From the NCBI GenBank assembly GCA_040954595.2, contig JBECUI020000026.1:403969-467968 (forward strand): a stretch of 64,000 bases of DNA. Direction: 5' to 3'. This document shows positions 52,851-64,000 of this stretch, piece by piece. The position numbers and the translations under genes are program-made. Position 1 is the stretch's first letter. Each line of letters begins with the position of its first letter. The notes beneath the pieces are model-generated. The model was given only the letters and a program-made list of their open reading frames with translations, had not been told where the DNA came from and did no database searches. This DNA comes from Balanoglossus misakiensis. Taxonomy: Eukaryota; Animalia; Hemichordata.

Positions 52851-54041
52851 TACCTATCTAACACACAACACACACTGTGTATATTTAATTCCACAATGCT
52901 TGATACTAAAACTGTCCACAAAAAAACATTTGTTTATAACCCCTAAGTGCTTGTCTTCCACATTTACCTTCTCTTGGCATTTATTTCCACAGATGATGCA
53001 ATACTGCTCGTCTCTTCATCCTGGTCTCTTGCGCTCCCCTTTTTACTCTCCCTGAATGCTGACAACACGTACCGTCTCATTGTTCAGTGGATATGCCTTG
53101 CTGTCATCTGCATCTGCTCCCTCAGTACCCCCTTCTCCCTGGCACAATCATCCAAATACTATCGCAGAGGGCGCTATACTATATGACGATCAACACAATA
53201 TCATTCAGATAATCTTTGCACAGTGGGTAAATTAAGCATTTGGTTTTTCACGAGACTTTCATCAGTTGTACTAAAATGAAATGTGTCTACACAATACAAA
53301 TGACAATGGCCTTCTAATTCAGAGACGTTGGGAAGGACTAGTGAGCACATACAGCAAATCAGAAGGCCCAAAATGGCAAAGTTGCATGATTACTAATGGG
53401 AAACAAAGAATCAACAGGGTATATTTAATTCCACAGAGTGCTTGATACTAAAATTATTGCTGTTTTACAATTGTGGCATTTACTGCTGATAATGAGGTTA
53501 CCATAGATACAATTGGAATGGAACCGGACAGGGATAAACATATAAAGGCAAGGTTAACCCCCCACCCCCTACCACAGAGGGCGCTATACCGATCATCAAG
53601 TCAGTACCATTGACATAAATCTGTGCAGAGTGGGTAAATTAGGCATTTGGTTCTTCAGATTTTCATAAGTTGCACTAAAATGCTATGTGGCCCACTACAA
53701 GGACAAATAAGTCAAAAATGGCAAATTTGATATTTACTTTGAGGTTGACATGGGGCAAAGGAGACAATACAAGAACACTGAAACTCAATTAGTGAAACAC
53801 TAAAGTTGTACATGTACTTTATTTCTCTAACAAACTTAGAGAAAATTTACATGGCCATCTTTTTACTCAGAGAACTGATGTTGAAAAGAAAACAATGTTA
53901 CATCATAAAATTGAAATCCTACATGTCACTAATTTCTGATTTTCACAAATGTTCATAAAAAAAACCTGTTCTCTGCAAACCTTACCCCCCCCCCCATCCT
54001 ATTGTCGGTGCTTCTAATGTAACTCTCAATTTTTCCCTAAG

Positions 54042-54362
54042 GTGTTAAAAGAACCAAATGGTGATGATATGGTAGAAGGGATATTTGAGGGAATAGACAT
54101 AGATGAGTAAGTATTAACTGCAGTACTTGCTTCCACCAATTTCCTATCATTTTGTGTACATGTTCACGTCTCTGTGTCTTACCAATCACATTCTGTCCTT
54201 TTTATTTTTTTCTAGAAGTGGCATCTTCTGTGTCAGACGGCAAATACTTACAGTGTCCCACCTTATGCCAGACCTTGGGTACAGAGGAGGCCATATTAGA
54301 AAACCTGCCAATGCATGTACACTACTCTATCAATCAAGAAATGCAACAGTCACAAAGATTGA
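54042..54362 (+). pseudogene. Downstream exons of the OB-fold-like gene paralog
   Basis: ccctaag|VLKEPNGDDMVEGIFEGIDID|gtaagt (54042-54106) and ttctag|54216-54362|gtaagt; homologous to 43356-43426. Confidence 0.5.
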
Positions 54363-54639
54363 GTAAGTTAACTAAACCAAAGCAATCTCCACCCTGCAAC
54401 TTCCCCAGCACTTACTATCTGCATGCAAGTTGTGAACTTTTAATTTAGTATTCGTTACAGAAACATTTCAGTCCTACAATTCACATGCATCTTATTTTCG
54501 TCAACACCAACTTATACAAAATATGATTTAACCATCTTGTTCTCATTTCTCTCCAATGTACAGAAAGCAGTAGCCTGGATGGATTTACAGAGAGAGAGGC
54601 TAGTACACGGCACTCATGTGGACATGCACTACCACATAT

Positions 54640-55910
54640 CATATCTCAACGGGACTTCGGTTGTCGCTGTAGTATTTAACCCAAGTTTAACTGTGACACC
54701 CACGTCCGTACATGGCAAGGTTTTCTCTCCCAAAAGTTTCAGTTTGGCATCCCAGTTACCATCAGTTGCGCTTTCTCCATGTCTTCTAAGTTGAATGCGA
54801 TTTACCATCACCGGATTCATACTGTGGTGCAAAGACAATTAAAAACATCGATTGTAAGTCATTTAGTAGTGATACCATTGTTACCAAACCTCGTTTTAAA
54901 ATACATGTAATCTGTACTCAAAACTATCATTTTTTCTTTCTTTCTAGAATGTGACTTGTGAGCGAGTGCCGCGTTTAAATTGATACTGAGAATAAACACC
55001 GCTAATCGACGATAAAATCAACGTATTTTCAAATGCAAGTGAACGCATGGAGGCGGCCATATTGAATTTAGGTTACATCCCAAGACATTCCGACTGGGCT
55101 TCAGGTGGATTCGGGAAAGGTCTCTAAAACATAATCGGTCATCCAGTTTTGTATACTAAATTTCTAAAAATGAAGGACATGGGAGGTTAACATACCCACA
55201 ATGACTACACACAAAAAAGGGCCCAGGCGTTTCGGGGTGCGATTGTTACGTACCTTAGCTCCATCATCTGCAACCAGCCAAGGCATGGCTGTGAAATTGC
55301 GCGTCATGGAGGATGTCGAGATCCGGAATTCCGCCAACGGGAAACTGTTTAGCGTGCCTTGTATGCAGCACGATGGCAACGTTCTGGAACTTAAATTCTG
55401 GAAAGAAAATCCGAAGTGGCTGAACAGATTATAGAAGGGAGAATACGTACAGCTCCGCAACTTTTCCACTGGAAGAGATAATACCATTTGCCTCTATGAT
55501 AGAGCAAAGGCCGGGGATGCCATTACGCCGTTAAACCTGAAATATAGATTGAGAGTGGATATTGTTTTACACAATTTTTGAACATTGAAGTAAAGTATTA
55601 GAATGATGGAGTCCGATAGAAAAAGTGAGTTGGTAATTTCGGCATCCGACTTCGTTATTAAAATGGAAAGATTTGCGATTTGAGATTCGGTTACCATTTG
55701 GAAGTTTGAAAGGAAATATTTCATTCAAGTACAGTGGCAACTACTGGATTATGGAGAATATTTGAAATGTTGATGAACGGAGACCTATTAGAATCAATGA
55801 AAACCTACCTTTATTGGTGTTACGGTTACTACACCTGACAGACCGCTGGTCTGCGTCCGACTGATTTTGAGCTCCTAGCTCTTGTGGAGACATGTGGAGG
55901 TACAGCAGGT
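54640..55910. pseudogene. OB-fold-like gene paralog with its first coding exon inverted
   Basis: Second exon on the minus strand (54650-54825) and first exon on the plus strand (55261-55509, TAG at 55432). 55510-55910 is a direct match to 18221-18620. Confidence 0.75.
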
Positions 55911-55914
55911 TTAT

Positions 55915-57853
55915 TGTTTTTTTGTAAAACCATAGTTAAACTCCAAAAATCTTCTTCTCCAGAACGAGCGATGACTGAGTCGCAAGATTCGGGGAGTATG
56001 GTCACTACACTGATGTCTATCAAGTTTGCAAAGAGCATTGTGATTGGTCGAAGATTATGGCGGCCATATTGGATTTTGTAAAAAACAGAGAAAAATTGAA
56101 ATTCCTTTTTCTAGTCCAAAAATTGATAGCATACAAATTCTTTTTATGGATATCAATCGTCATGTGACTAAAATATATAACAATTTTTTGGCGATTTTTC
56201 ACATGACCTTTGACCTAATTATCACGCGTTATTATTTCTGCATATCTAATTCCAGGCTAACCTATAGGGCTAGAGGTTTGGTTTTTGATGAATGTGGATT
56301 AGTGTGTGATCAAAATATTTTGCTACTTTTCATGACCCCTTTGACCTCTGCTGACCTCATTAATTATGCACATACCTAATTACAGGCGAACCAATAGAGC
56401 TAGAGTTTTGGTTTTTGTTGGACATGGACCAGTATGGGTAAAAAAAAATTGCCCAAATGTTGGGTGACCTCAGGTGACCTTTGACCTACTTCACCCTATT
56501 TCAGCAGCAAAAATACACACATCCTTGTTATGTCATGAGATAATACATCCGATAGAAAATTCTGTTTCTTCTCATTCATACTGTGCATATATAATTCAAG
56601 ATCAGCGCTTGGGCCCAACAATGCTGCTCGCAGCTTTAATTCTTCTTCTTCTTCTTCTTCTTCCGAGAAATTCGGCCAGGTAGATCTGGAAAACCGCTGC
56701 ACCTTGGGGGCTGAAACTTGGTAGGGTGATAGGGGCCAATGAGTAGACGTGCAGTGGCTCGTGAATATTTAATTAGTCACGTGACCTGGCGGCCATATTG
56801 CATTTCCTGACAATCGTTAAACGAGTCCTTCTCAAAAACTACTGGGCCGATCGAGTTCAAATTTGGTGTGCAGGTAGCCTACCTTCTGTCCATCATTTTA
56901 CCCCATTGAAATCATGACGTCACACATAAAGTTTTTTTGCTACAATTGTTTTTCTGAAAAACTACTTAAAACTTTAAAAATCTTCTTCTCCAGAACCAGC
57001 GATTGCCGAGTCACAGGATTCGGGGTATGTGGTCACCTAACCTATTTTTATCAAGTTTGCGAAGCGCACTGTGATTGGTCGATCATTATGGCGGCCATGT
57101 TGGATTTTCGGAAAACCATTGAAAAATGAAAATTCTGCTTTGTAGCCAAAATGTTGACAGCACGTAAATTCTTTTTTTGGATATGAGTCATCATATGACC
57201 GGAAGTTGTTACAATTTTTCGGGGCAATTTTGACATGACCTTTGACCCAGTTTTAAAACAACTAATTATATATGCATATCCCCATACCTCCTCTTGTAAA
57301 AGCACCACAGTCATGAATTTTGTGGACATGGGTACCAATGCTGCCAGGACATGACACAACTATTTTGGTAATTTTGGCAATGACCCTTGACCTATTTCTA
57401 AAACATCATTTTTCTGCATATCTAATTCCAGGCTAACCAATAGGGCTAGAGGTCTGGTTTTAGTTGGACATGGCCCACTCTGGGGTCAACATTTTATGCC
57501 CAAATTTTGGGTGACCTTGGATGACCTTTGATCTAATTTCCCATATCTCAGCATCCACAGCAGTTAGAGTCCTGACTTTTGGAGGGCCGATGGAGCAGAT
57601 ATGGAGTCTTACACAAGACCTCATTAATTATGCGCATACCTAATTCTAGGCGAACCAATAGAGCTAGGTGTTTGGTTTTTGTTGGACCTAGACTAGTATG
57701 GGGTCCGATTTTTTTGCCCAAATTTGGGGTGACCTCTGGTGACCTTTGACCTACTTTCCAATATCTTGGTATCCACAGCAGATACAGCCTTGGCATTTGC
57801 TTGTTACCATGGGAACCGCTTGTGCCCCGCCAACGCTGCTTGCAACTTTAATT
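55915..57853 (+). mobile_element. Two tandem Helentron/DINE-like non-autonomous units
   Basis: Shared blocks (aaaatcttcttctccagaac at ~55946 and ~56978). Both units end in a hairpin plus T-rich tail: gctgctcgcagctttaatt (~56641) and gctgcttgcaactttaatt (~57853). Confidence 0.6.
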
Positions 57854-58090
57854 GTATTTTGCATTTTCTCACGGTGGCGACCATATTCCTTTGCGGCGAA
57901 GATTTATTATTTGTCTGGTTTAAACTTGCATATGCACTCATACTTAGGGTTCATAATACTTGTACATAGTTCAGTGCATACTTCTGTATGGGCTAAAGGT
58001 GGTGCAGTTTGAAAAAAGTGTGATAATTTCCCAAAAGTACCAGCTGATGCACCGATTTATGTCTAATCTCTGTTTTGAATTTCTTGGCAG

Positions 58091-58291
58091 CTTAACCCAA
58101 GTTGATAGTACCCTTCTTGTCCTGGACAGAAGTCTATCTGTCAGTACAAATGGTGTAACCGTATCAGTAGATGACAACTCGTGGCATAATGTTGTCATGG
58201 TAATTGAAGAAGGCATTGTGGCAGTTTACTTGAATGGTGTTGCAGTAACATCACCCCTTCCATCCTGGACAGGTATCGATGACTCAGAAAA
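58091..58291 (+). CDS. SVEP1-like gene exon, pentraxin/LamG domain
   Basis: ggcag acceptor and gtaagt donor; DNSWHNVVMV...VAVYLNG. Confidence 0.85.
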
Positions 58292-58680
58292 GTAAGTTGC
58301 TAGTGGAACTCCGAACATTTTTAACTCCTAATTGTCATTGTCACATGTTAAAATTCTATATTTTCCTATACTGTCAAGTTTTCCCAAGCCTCAAGAGAAG
58401 TGAACCATTTATTTGTGAAGCAGTTATCTTGTTTATAACTTATCTGCTAGGTAGCTTGTCTTACTCCTACATGACAATACAATATCATCATAACATGTTG
58501 CGACTTACAACAAAACTGGCCAAAAAAATCAAGGGAGCAAACTATGGACATCAGCAAAGCTATCTTCGTGGCACTTTCAAATTCAAACTTATGCGGAACG
58601 ATACTGATTTTCACAGTTTATTTTTGACAACTTCTTACCAGCACTTTTAATGAATTCATTATTCTCTTGTTTTTCAACAG

Positions 58681-58964
58681 CTGTATGGTAATTCTTGGTC
58701 AAAGCTATGACGAAAATGGACTCCTTGACAACTATTTTAGCTTCCATGGTGATGTTACACAGATGAATGTATACGATTATGTATTGACTCCTGTTGAAAT
58801 CCAGAGTCTGGCTTTGAACTGTTCACAAAGTCCACTTGGCAATCATGTCATGTGGGTTGAAATGGATCAAGAGTTATTGGGTAGTGTGGTCAAAATCCAG
58901 CCATCAGCTTGTGGAAGTACCAGGTGCCCAATTGGTTACTCTGGTTCACCATGCACACCTGTTG
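58681..58964 (+). CDS. SVEP1-like gene exon, pentraxin C-terminus plus EGF-like segment
   Basis: caacag/gtaaat; ILGQ...FHGDVTQMNVYDYVL...CPIGYSGSPC; phase matches the previous exon. Confidence 0.9.
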
Positions 58965-59304
58965 GTAAATAGCCTTATTCATTACTATCAAACAATTTTA
59001 TGCATAATCTGACGAGGAGAAATTGGGTCATATTCACAGAGTTGATTAATCCTAAATCCTTACTTTAACACAGCTCTCCTTGTAATGTTGTGTCTGTCCA
59101 GGGAAAACTGTGTGAAATTTTGAGTAGTTTTTCCTGTGTACATTCACCAGCCCCTAGCTGCTGTGTGTTGTACTCCAATCACACAGCCTGCAATCTCCCT
59201 ACTTTAGGAAGTATAGGGAATCATCATCTGCCCATGCCTGTATCGCTCACTCTTTTTGTTTCTACCGTACATGTATTTAACACTGAATGTAATGATACTA
59301 TTCA

Positions 59305-59375
59305 CAACCACCATCACCATCATCATCATCATAATCATCATCACCACCACCACCACCACCACCATCATCATCATC
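59305..59375 (+). repeat. (CAY)n intronic microsatellite
   Basis: Seen directly. Confidence 0.95.
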
Positions 59376-59675
59376 AGTTTCTGCTGTTCCAAGAACTAGG
59401 CTTATCATGAGTGTAATTTATCATATCAGTTATTATGCCTATGGATACCATCTCATGACTCCTGTCCTATCTTGTAGTGTTTCTTGACAGTGATCTAGTC
59501 TATTCACATGTATCAGAAAACAAGCACTTAACAATATCTGGATTTCTCATGAATATGTGACAGATATTAACATCTAGTAGTGCATTTACCTAAATGTACC
59601 AGTGTATGCATAGGGGGTGTGGACCAGTTGTTTAATTTACAAACATTTGTTATTCTTTCATTTTTTTTTCTTCAG

Positions 59676-59816
59676 ATAAACACGCTCCTGAAGTCATTTA
59701 CTGTCCCAATACGACCCGTATAATTAGTCCTAATAGCTTGACAACAGGAGTATGGCAGGAGCCTATATTTACAGATTATGTCGCCATTGCCAATGTGACA
59801 CAAACCTACACAATGG
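59676..59816 (+). CDS. SVEP1-like gene exon, HYR domain N-terminal half
   Basis: ttcag/gtaagt; DKHAPEVIYCP...VWQEPIFTD (not in the ORF track). Confidence 0.9.
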
Positions 59817-60520
59817 GTAAGTTTCCTATAAAATATCATTTCTGATTATAGATAATATATAACATTCACACTAACTAAGTTTTTTTTATCGGGGTGGGGT
59901 GGGGAGTTGATCTAAACAGAAACCAACAAGCTGAGACAACTTTCCTAAGATTATGGTCAGTATGAAGCATACTGGTACAGTTTATTCTTGTGGCCGTTAC
60001 TCATATATGGCTAGCACATCCTATGTGCGACAGATGATCTTGCTTCCAAGTATTAAAGCCTCAATTGCTGATACTATTACCATATGTTTATAGGCCCTTT
60101 CCTCGATCCCAGGGCAGTACAATGAAGTTAAAACTCGAAAGCATTTGTGTTTGCACGTAATTGTTTATTGGAAACAAAAGATTTGACCAACTGTTGAGCA
60201 AGGCCTTTAATCAGTAAAGTACTTAATATTCTCCACTACTACTGGGGATACCCATACCACAAATGTTGTGTTCTCTTACAATGGGCAGTTGAATAAACGT
60301 GTGCGGCACCATATCTGTTTAGTATACATATCTTGTTCATGTTTATATGTACAGTCACAATCAGGAGTTGATAATATGCCTGTGTATACCCACCAGATAG
60401 CTCACTTAAATGGACCATTCTAAGTTTGAAAAGAAAATCATGAAAAACATTCAAGAAACGGAAGCTATTTTGGCTTTAGCACCCATGCCTGTAATGATGT
60501 GCATAATTTTGTTCTTACAG

Positions 60521-60616
60521 GTGACACCTTTTCCTGGGGAACCTACCAGATCAGCTATGTTGCTTCAGATACAGCTGGCAACAATGCACAGTGCAACTTT
60601 TTACTCTATGTACTGC
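60521..60616 (+). CDS. SVEP1-like gene exon, HYR domain C-terminal half
   Basis: ttacag/gtgagc; GDTFSWGTYQISYVASDTAGNNAQCNF. Confidence 0.9.
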
Positions 60617-60713
60617 GTGAGCGAATTTTTTTATCATTCATACATAAACTTTACAAATTAATTAATATCTTGACAAATTGTCATCTCTACCCCTTGTTAT
60701 GTCTTGTCACATA

Positions 60714-60903
60714 CTGTAAAACGGGACATTTTCGTGACAGAAAATATTTTGCAATATATCAAAAGAGGCAACTGTGACACGAGAATTAAATTTCCGCATT
60801 CTAGTATTTTACTAACTACTCTGTTATCTCTGAAAAACATTTTATGCGACTTTATTTTCTTCTTCTTTTTTGCCGAAGTTTGGGAAAATTTGCCGTTTTA
60901 CAG
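60714..60903. mobile_element. Tc1/mariner-like MITE; related copy at 62765-62972
   Basis: TA|CTGTAAAACGG...CCGTTTTACAG|TA. Confidence 0.65.
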
Positions 60904-61614
60904 TAATATGATTGCATCATTATCACTTTTGTCCCTATGTAACTATCAAAAATTATAACAACATCATTCAGAACATACAAGGACACTCAAACCCGTCTAA
61001 AACAAACCCTGTCTAATCGGGAAACCTCTCTTCAACCAACAGCTTTTCCTAGTCCCTTTTACATAGAAACATGTTAATGTGTTGGTGTTCTGTTTAAAAG
61101 ATTTGACTGTGTAATAAATATGGGTGTCACACATACACCATTAAGACAGTTCTGAAGCATCTCAGAATTGATACTGTCTTAAAAAACATGTGTGGACGGT
61201 GTAAGTGGTCCTGAAACGTCTCAGATTTTAGACGGCTCTGCCAGCCAGACCTGAGCCGGTGTAAGGATTAACACCTCTCCGCAACCCATTGTCTATGGGG
61301 CCGAGCCTCAGCGCCCATACATAAACTTTGTGTGTGTGGACACAACATGACTCAAAGGATTAATGCTCTGTGGTTAGCACTGGCAAATAGTGTCTCAAAT
61401 TTTACCCTGTGTGAACCTGGTAAAAGAGGCATTGTGCCCTAGTGGCTAGGGTTGTGGGTTCGTTACCTAGACCTGGACATTTGGGTAGTATTTGCCTGTT
61501 GGATGATATATGAGACACAGACATTTGGGTAGTATTTGCCTGTTGGATGATAGATGAAATAAAATTAAAAAAATATATATAGACAAATAAACTGTGTTCT
61601 CCTTTCTTTTACAT

Positions 61615-61815
61615 CATTTGATTGTGAAAAGCCAGCACCACCAGTTAAAGGTATTTCCATCTGTAATGAGTTTGAGTCGGGTGTGTCCTGTCAGGTGGAT
61701 TGTTTACCAGGATACAAGTTTGCAAGCCTGCCAGCACCTTACTATCTCTGCCATAGTGAAGGATCTTTTAATCCTGAGAATCCAGACGAGGAATTCACCT
61801 TCCCTGGATGTTCAG
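61615..61815 (+). CDS. SVEP1-like gene exon, Sushi/CCP domain (non-canonical acceptor)
   Basis: FDCEKPAPPVKG...CQVDCLPGYKF...YLC...FPGCS|gtgag. The polypyrimidine tract ends in ACAT instead of ACAG. Confidence 0.8.
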
Positions 61816-62220
61816 GTGAGAAAAAAATGATTTGGTATCAGTAAAGAAATATAATCAGGTTGCACATGCACATTCAGAAAATTCTCCAAAGAGAGAGAGA
61901 GTTGTGAGAGGGGGTATTCCAGCATTGAGACAATTTTCTTTTAGTTATAAATGAAAAGAGAAATATGAGTAATGCAAATTCTTGCTTTACAGTATGTCAA
62001 GGTTGTGATTACAGGTAGATAATTTGTTAACATCATATCTGCTTACCCCAATATAAAGCTCCAGTACATTTGAGCTATTTTCTTAATATTTTGTTCTGGG
62101 TAAGCAGCTGTAACTTTCCTGATTGGCTAAGCGGTTTCGCAGTCTAAGTCAATACATCGTTCGCTAGATTGAAAATTGCATCTTTAACAAAATTTGTTTG
62201 TTTGTATTGTTCTACTGCAG

Positions 62221-62473
62221 CTCCTGGGAAGACTCAACGTGGAGTGAATTGTGGCGTGTCATACAATTCACAGGCTGGTACATGTAACAATGGTGTCATC
62301 CAGCAATTGAGGATCAGTTTTATGAACACTATCAACTATCTGAATGATTTGTTTGGTATTTGTGGCGGTGAATGCAACTTTGATGACCTTGAAATAACCT
62401 GCGGCGCCTCAAACCGAAGAAAGAGACAGGCTGATACTCAGCTTGTGGTTCAGTTCAGTTTCACAACCAATGC
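62221..62473 (+). CDS. SVEP1-like gene exon with a furin-type site (RRKR)
   Basis: ctgcag/gtgagt; Cys-containing segment, EITCGASNRRKRQ. Confidence 0.85.
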
Positions 62474-63041
62474 GTGAGTAGTAATTGTTATTTTTCGAGT
62501 ATTTCATTCCCCTTCTGTTCTATTGAAATGACTTTGGTGACATGTCTAGGGTACTGATCCCAGGCTGTGTGAGGACCAGCTCTGTATTCCCTATACAGCT
62601 GGTGTTTGCATTATTGCAAAATATTCCATTCATGCAAGTGAAAACAAATTATTTTGTGTCTTAACACTCAAACATTTTCAGTTTTTGGCAACCCCATCAT
62701 TTCTGCCCACCTTCCTTCATGTTGCGGCATCCTGTATTCTAAAGATTCATGCATTCGAAATATACTGCAAAACGTGTTATTTTCGCGAGCAGTAAATTTC
62801 TGCAAAACATGTGCTGGTCAAAAAAACGTTAAAATAAAAAGTTGTGTAAAATGTTTTTGGAGATAATGATGCAGTTAGTGAAATACGAGAACTCGAAAAT
62901 TCGTCCTCACGTAACAGTCGCCTCTTTTAATATCGCGAAAATTTCCTGTCGTGAAAACAATTCAGTTTACAGTACACACTTCTGGTTGGTATTGTAATGT
63001 GGCATATGTAAGAATTTTTTGCCTGTTGTTTTATCCATTAG

Positions 63042-63190
63042 CTCTGCTGATGCTGCAGCTGTAGTTATTGAAGATGCAGTCAAGAATGGTCCTTTTGATA
63101 CAGCTGAATATTCGGTCGACGCTGAGACATTACAAGTTGAAAGTACAATATTCTGTTCCAATGGTAGTGTTCTTGTTGGAGAAGAATGTG
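63042..63190 (+). CDS. SVEP1-like gene exon
   Basis: cattag/gtgagt; ends FCSNGSVLVGEEC; phase 2/1 compatible with its neighbours. Confidence 0.85.
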
Positions 63191-63227
63191 GTGAGTGCCT
63201 ATACTCCTCAGTTGTTATGTACTTTAA

Positions 63228-63312
63228 CCCTTTCACTCCCAGTTTCCTCTATAGAGGTCAAACCTTACCATAGAAAACAATTGGTTTGGACTGAACCATG
63301 GTGGTGAAAGGA
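63228..63312. mobile_element. Tiny piggyBac-like MITE
   Basis: TTAA|CCCTTTCAC...GTGAAAGGA|TTAA. Confidence 0.55.
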
Positions 63313-63784
63313 TTAAAACTGTGTCCAAAATTAATATTATAAAAAGGTGTAGATGTTAATATGTTTATATCGCCTGATATGACCTGTTAGGTGGGCCGTA
63401 TTGCTGCGAGTGTGGTTGTGAGTCGCAGTGTACAAATTAAAGACAAGTGTGAGTGGTAAATACAACCCAACCAAGAGGTGATATAAGGAAATAATTGATT
63501 TGATATGCTCATACCAAGGAGGGACAAAGTCTCTTTCTCGCTGCCCTTTTTCCATTAATTATGTTTGATAGAAGACACAGTTAATGTTATTCTACATGTG
63601 GATATATAGTGAATCAACATTCAACCACACACAACTGCAATCCCACTTGTAGACACAAGAGTGAAAAACTGGCCAAAATGAATGCTGTGTGTTACAATTG
63701 TAGTTGTGTTTTAAACCATTAATGCATAATGATCAGTACATGAACAATGTATACATCTGCCTTCAACATTTTGTATTTCCACAG

Positions 63785-63946
63785 TATTGTGTCCTGAAGG
63801 GTCGTACCATGACACTGAGCTGAGTCAGTGCCATCCTTGTGCAATTGGATATTATCAACCCCTTGAAGGACAAACAGCATGCAATGCCTGTCCAAATAAT
63901 GGAGTCACCAGGGGAAAGAGATCATTATCCATCTTGCAGTGTTTTG
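63785..63946 (+). CDS. SVEP1-like gene exon, ephrin-receptor-like (GCC2/GCC3) repeat
   Basis: ccacag/gtatgt; CPEGSY...CHPCAIGYYQPLEGQTACNACP. Confidence 0.9.
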
Positions 63947-64000
63947 GTATGTATAACAGAAGGCAATATCTCCTCCTCGTTTCACAGCCATAGCCTAGTA

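Larger units (their letters stand above)
42289..55510. repeat. ~13 kb imperfect palindrome (large inverted repeat)
   Basis: 42289-43190 is the reverse complement of 54640-55510; 44537-44950 of 53470-53890; 48080-48270 of 52445-52630. Confidence 0.85.

Noticed and set aside
50502-53055. ORFs made of MYVC/HTYI/HACM repeats
   Set aside because: They are translations of tetranucleotide microsatellites.
59090-59410. Poly-His protein ORF
   Set aside because: It is an intronic (CAY)n microsatellite between phase-matched exons.
58091-63946. Assigning the symbol SVEP1
   Set aside because: The domain set is SVEP1-like, but the order differs and the gene is incomplete, so orthology cannot be shown.

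Overview
This is eukaryotic, AT-rich, repeat-dense DNA, probably from a marine invertebrate deuterostome such as a hemichordate (inferred from the repeat types and intron style). (1) A near-identical direct duplication with an offset of 24,946 bp: 1..~17.8 kb recurs at 24,947..~42.1 kb. Each copy carries a full-length Mag-type Ty3/Gypsy LTR retrotransposon with its own private inactivating lesions; copy A also has a TTAA Kolobok-like MITE inside RT. (2) An intron-containing tandem OB-fold-like gene family on the minus strand at ~17.3-18.6 kb, with paralogous pieces at 41.7-43.4 kb and 54.0-55.9 kb. It is fused to a GC-rich, possibly TatD-associated ORF fragment and faces a CCAAT/TATA promoter with a decayed zinc-ribbon ORF. 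(3) A 3.3 kb long-TIR element containing a decayed Crypton-type tyrosine recombinase. (4) A ~13 kb imperfect palindrome (42.3-55.5 kb) holding a 309-bp tandem array with an L2/CR1-type LINE insertion, tRNA-like elements and inverted microsatellites. (5) Eight phase-compatible exons (58,091-63,946) of a SVEP1-like extracellular protein (pentraxin-EGF-HYR-Sushi-furin site-ephrin-receptor-like), one of which lacks the canonical AG acceptor. All alignments and motif matches were made by eye, and family assignments from motif memory need confirming by searches.
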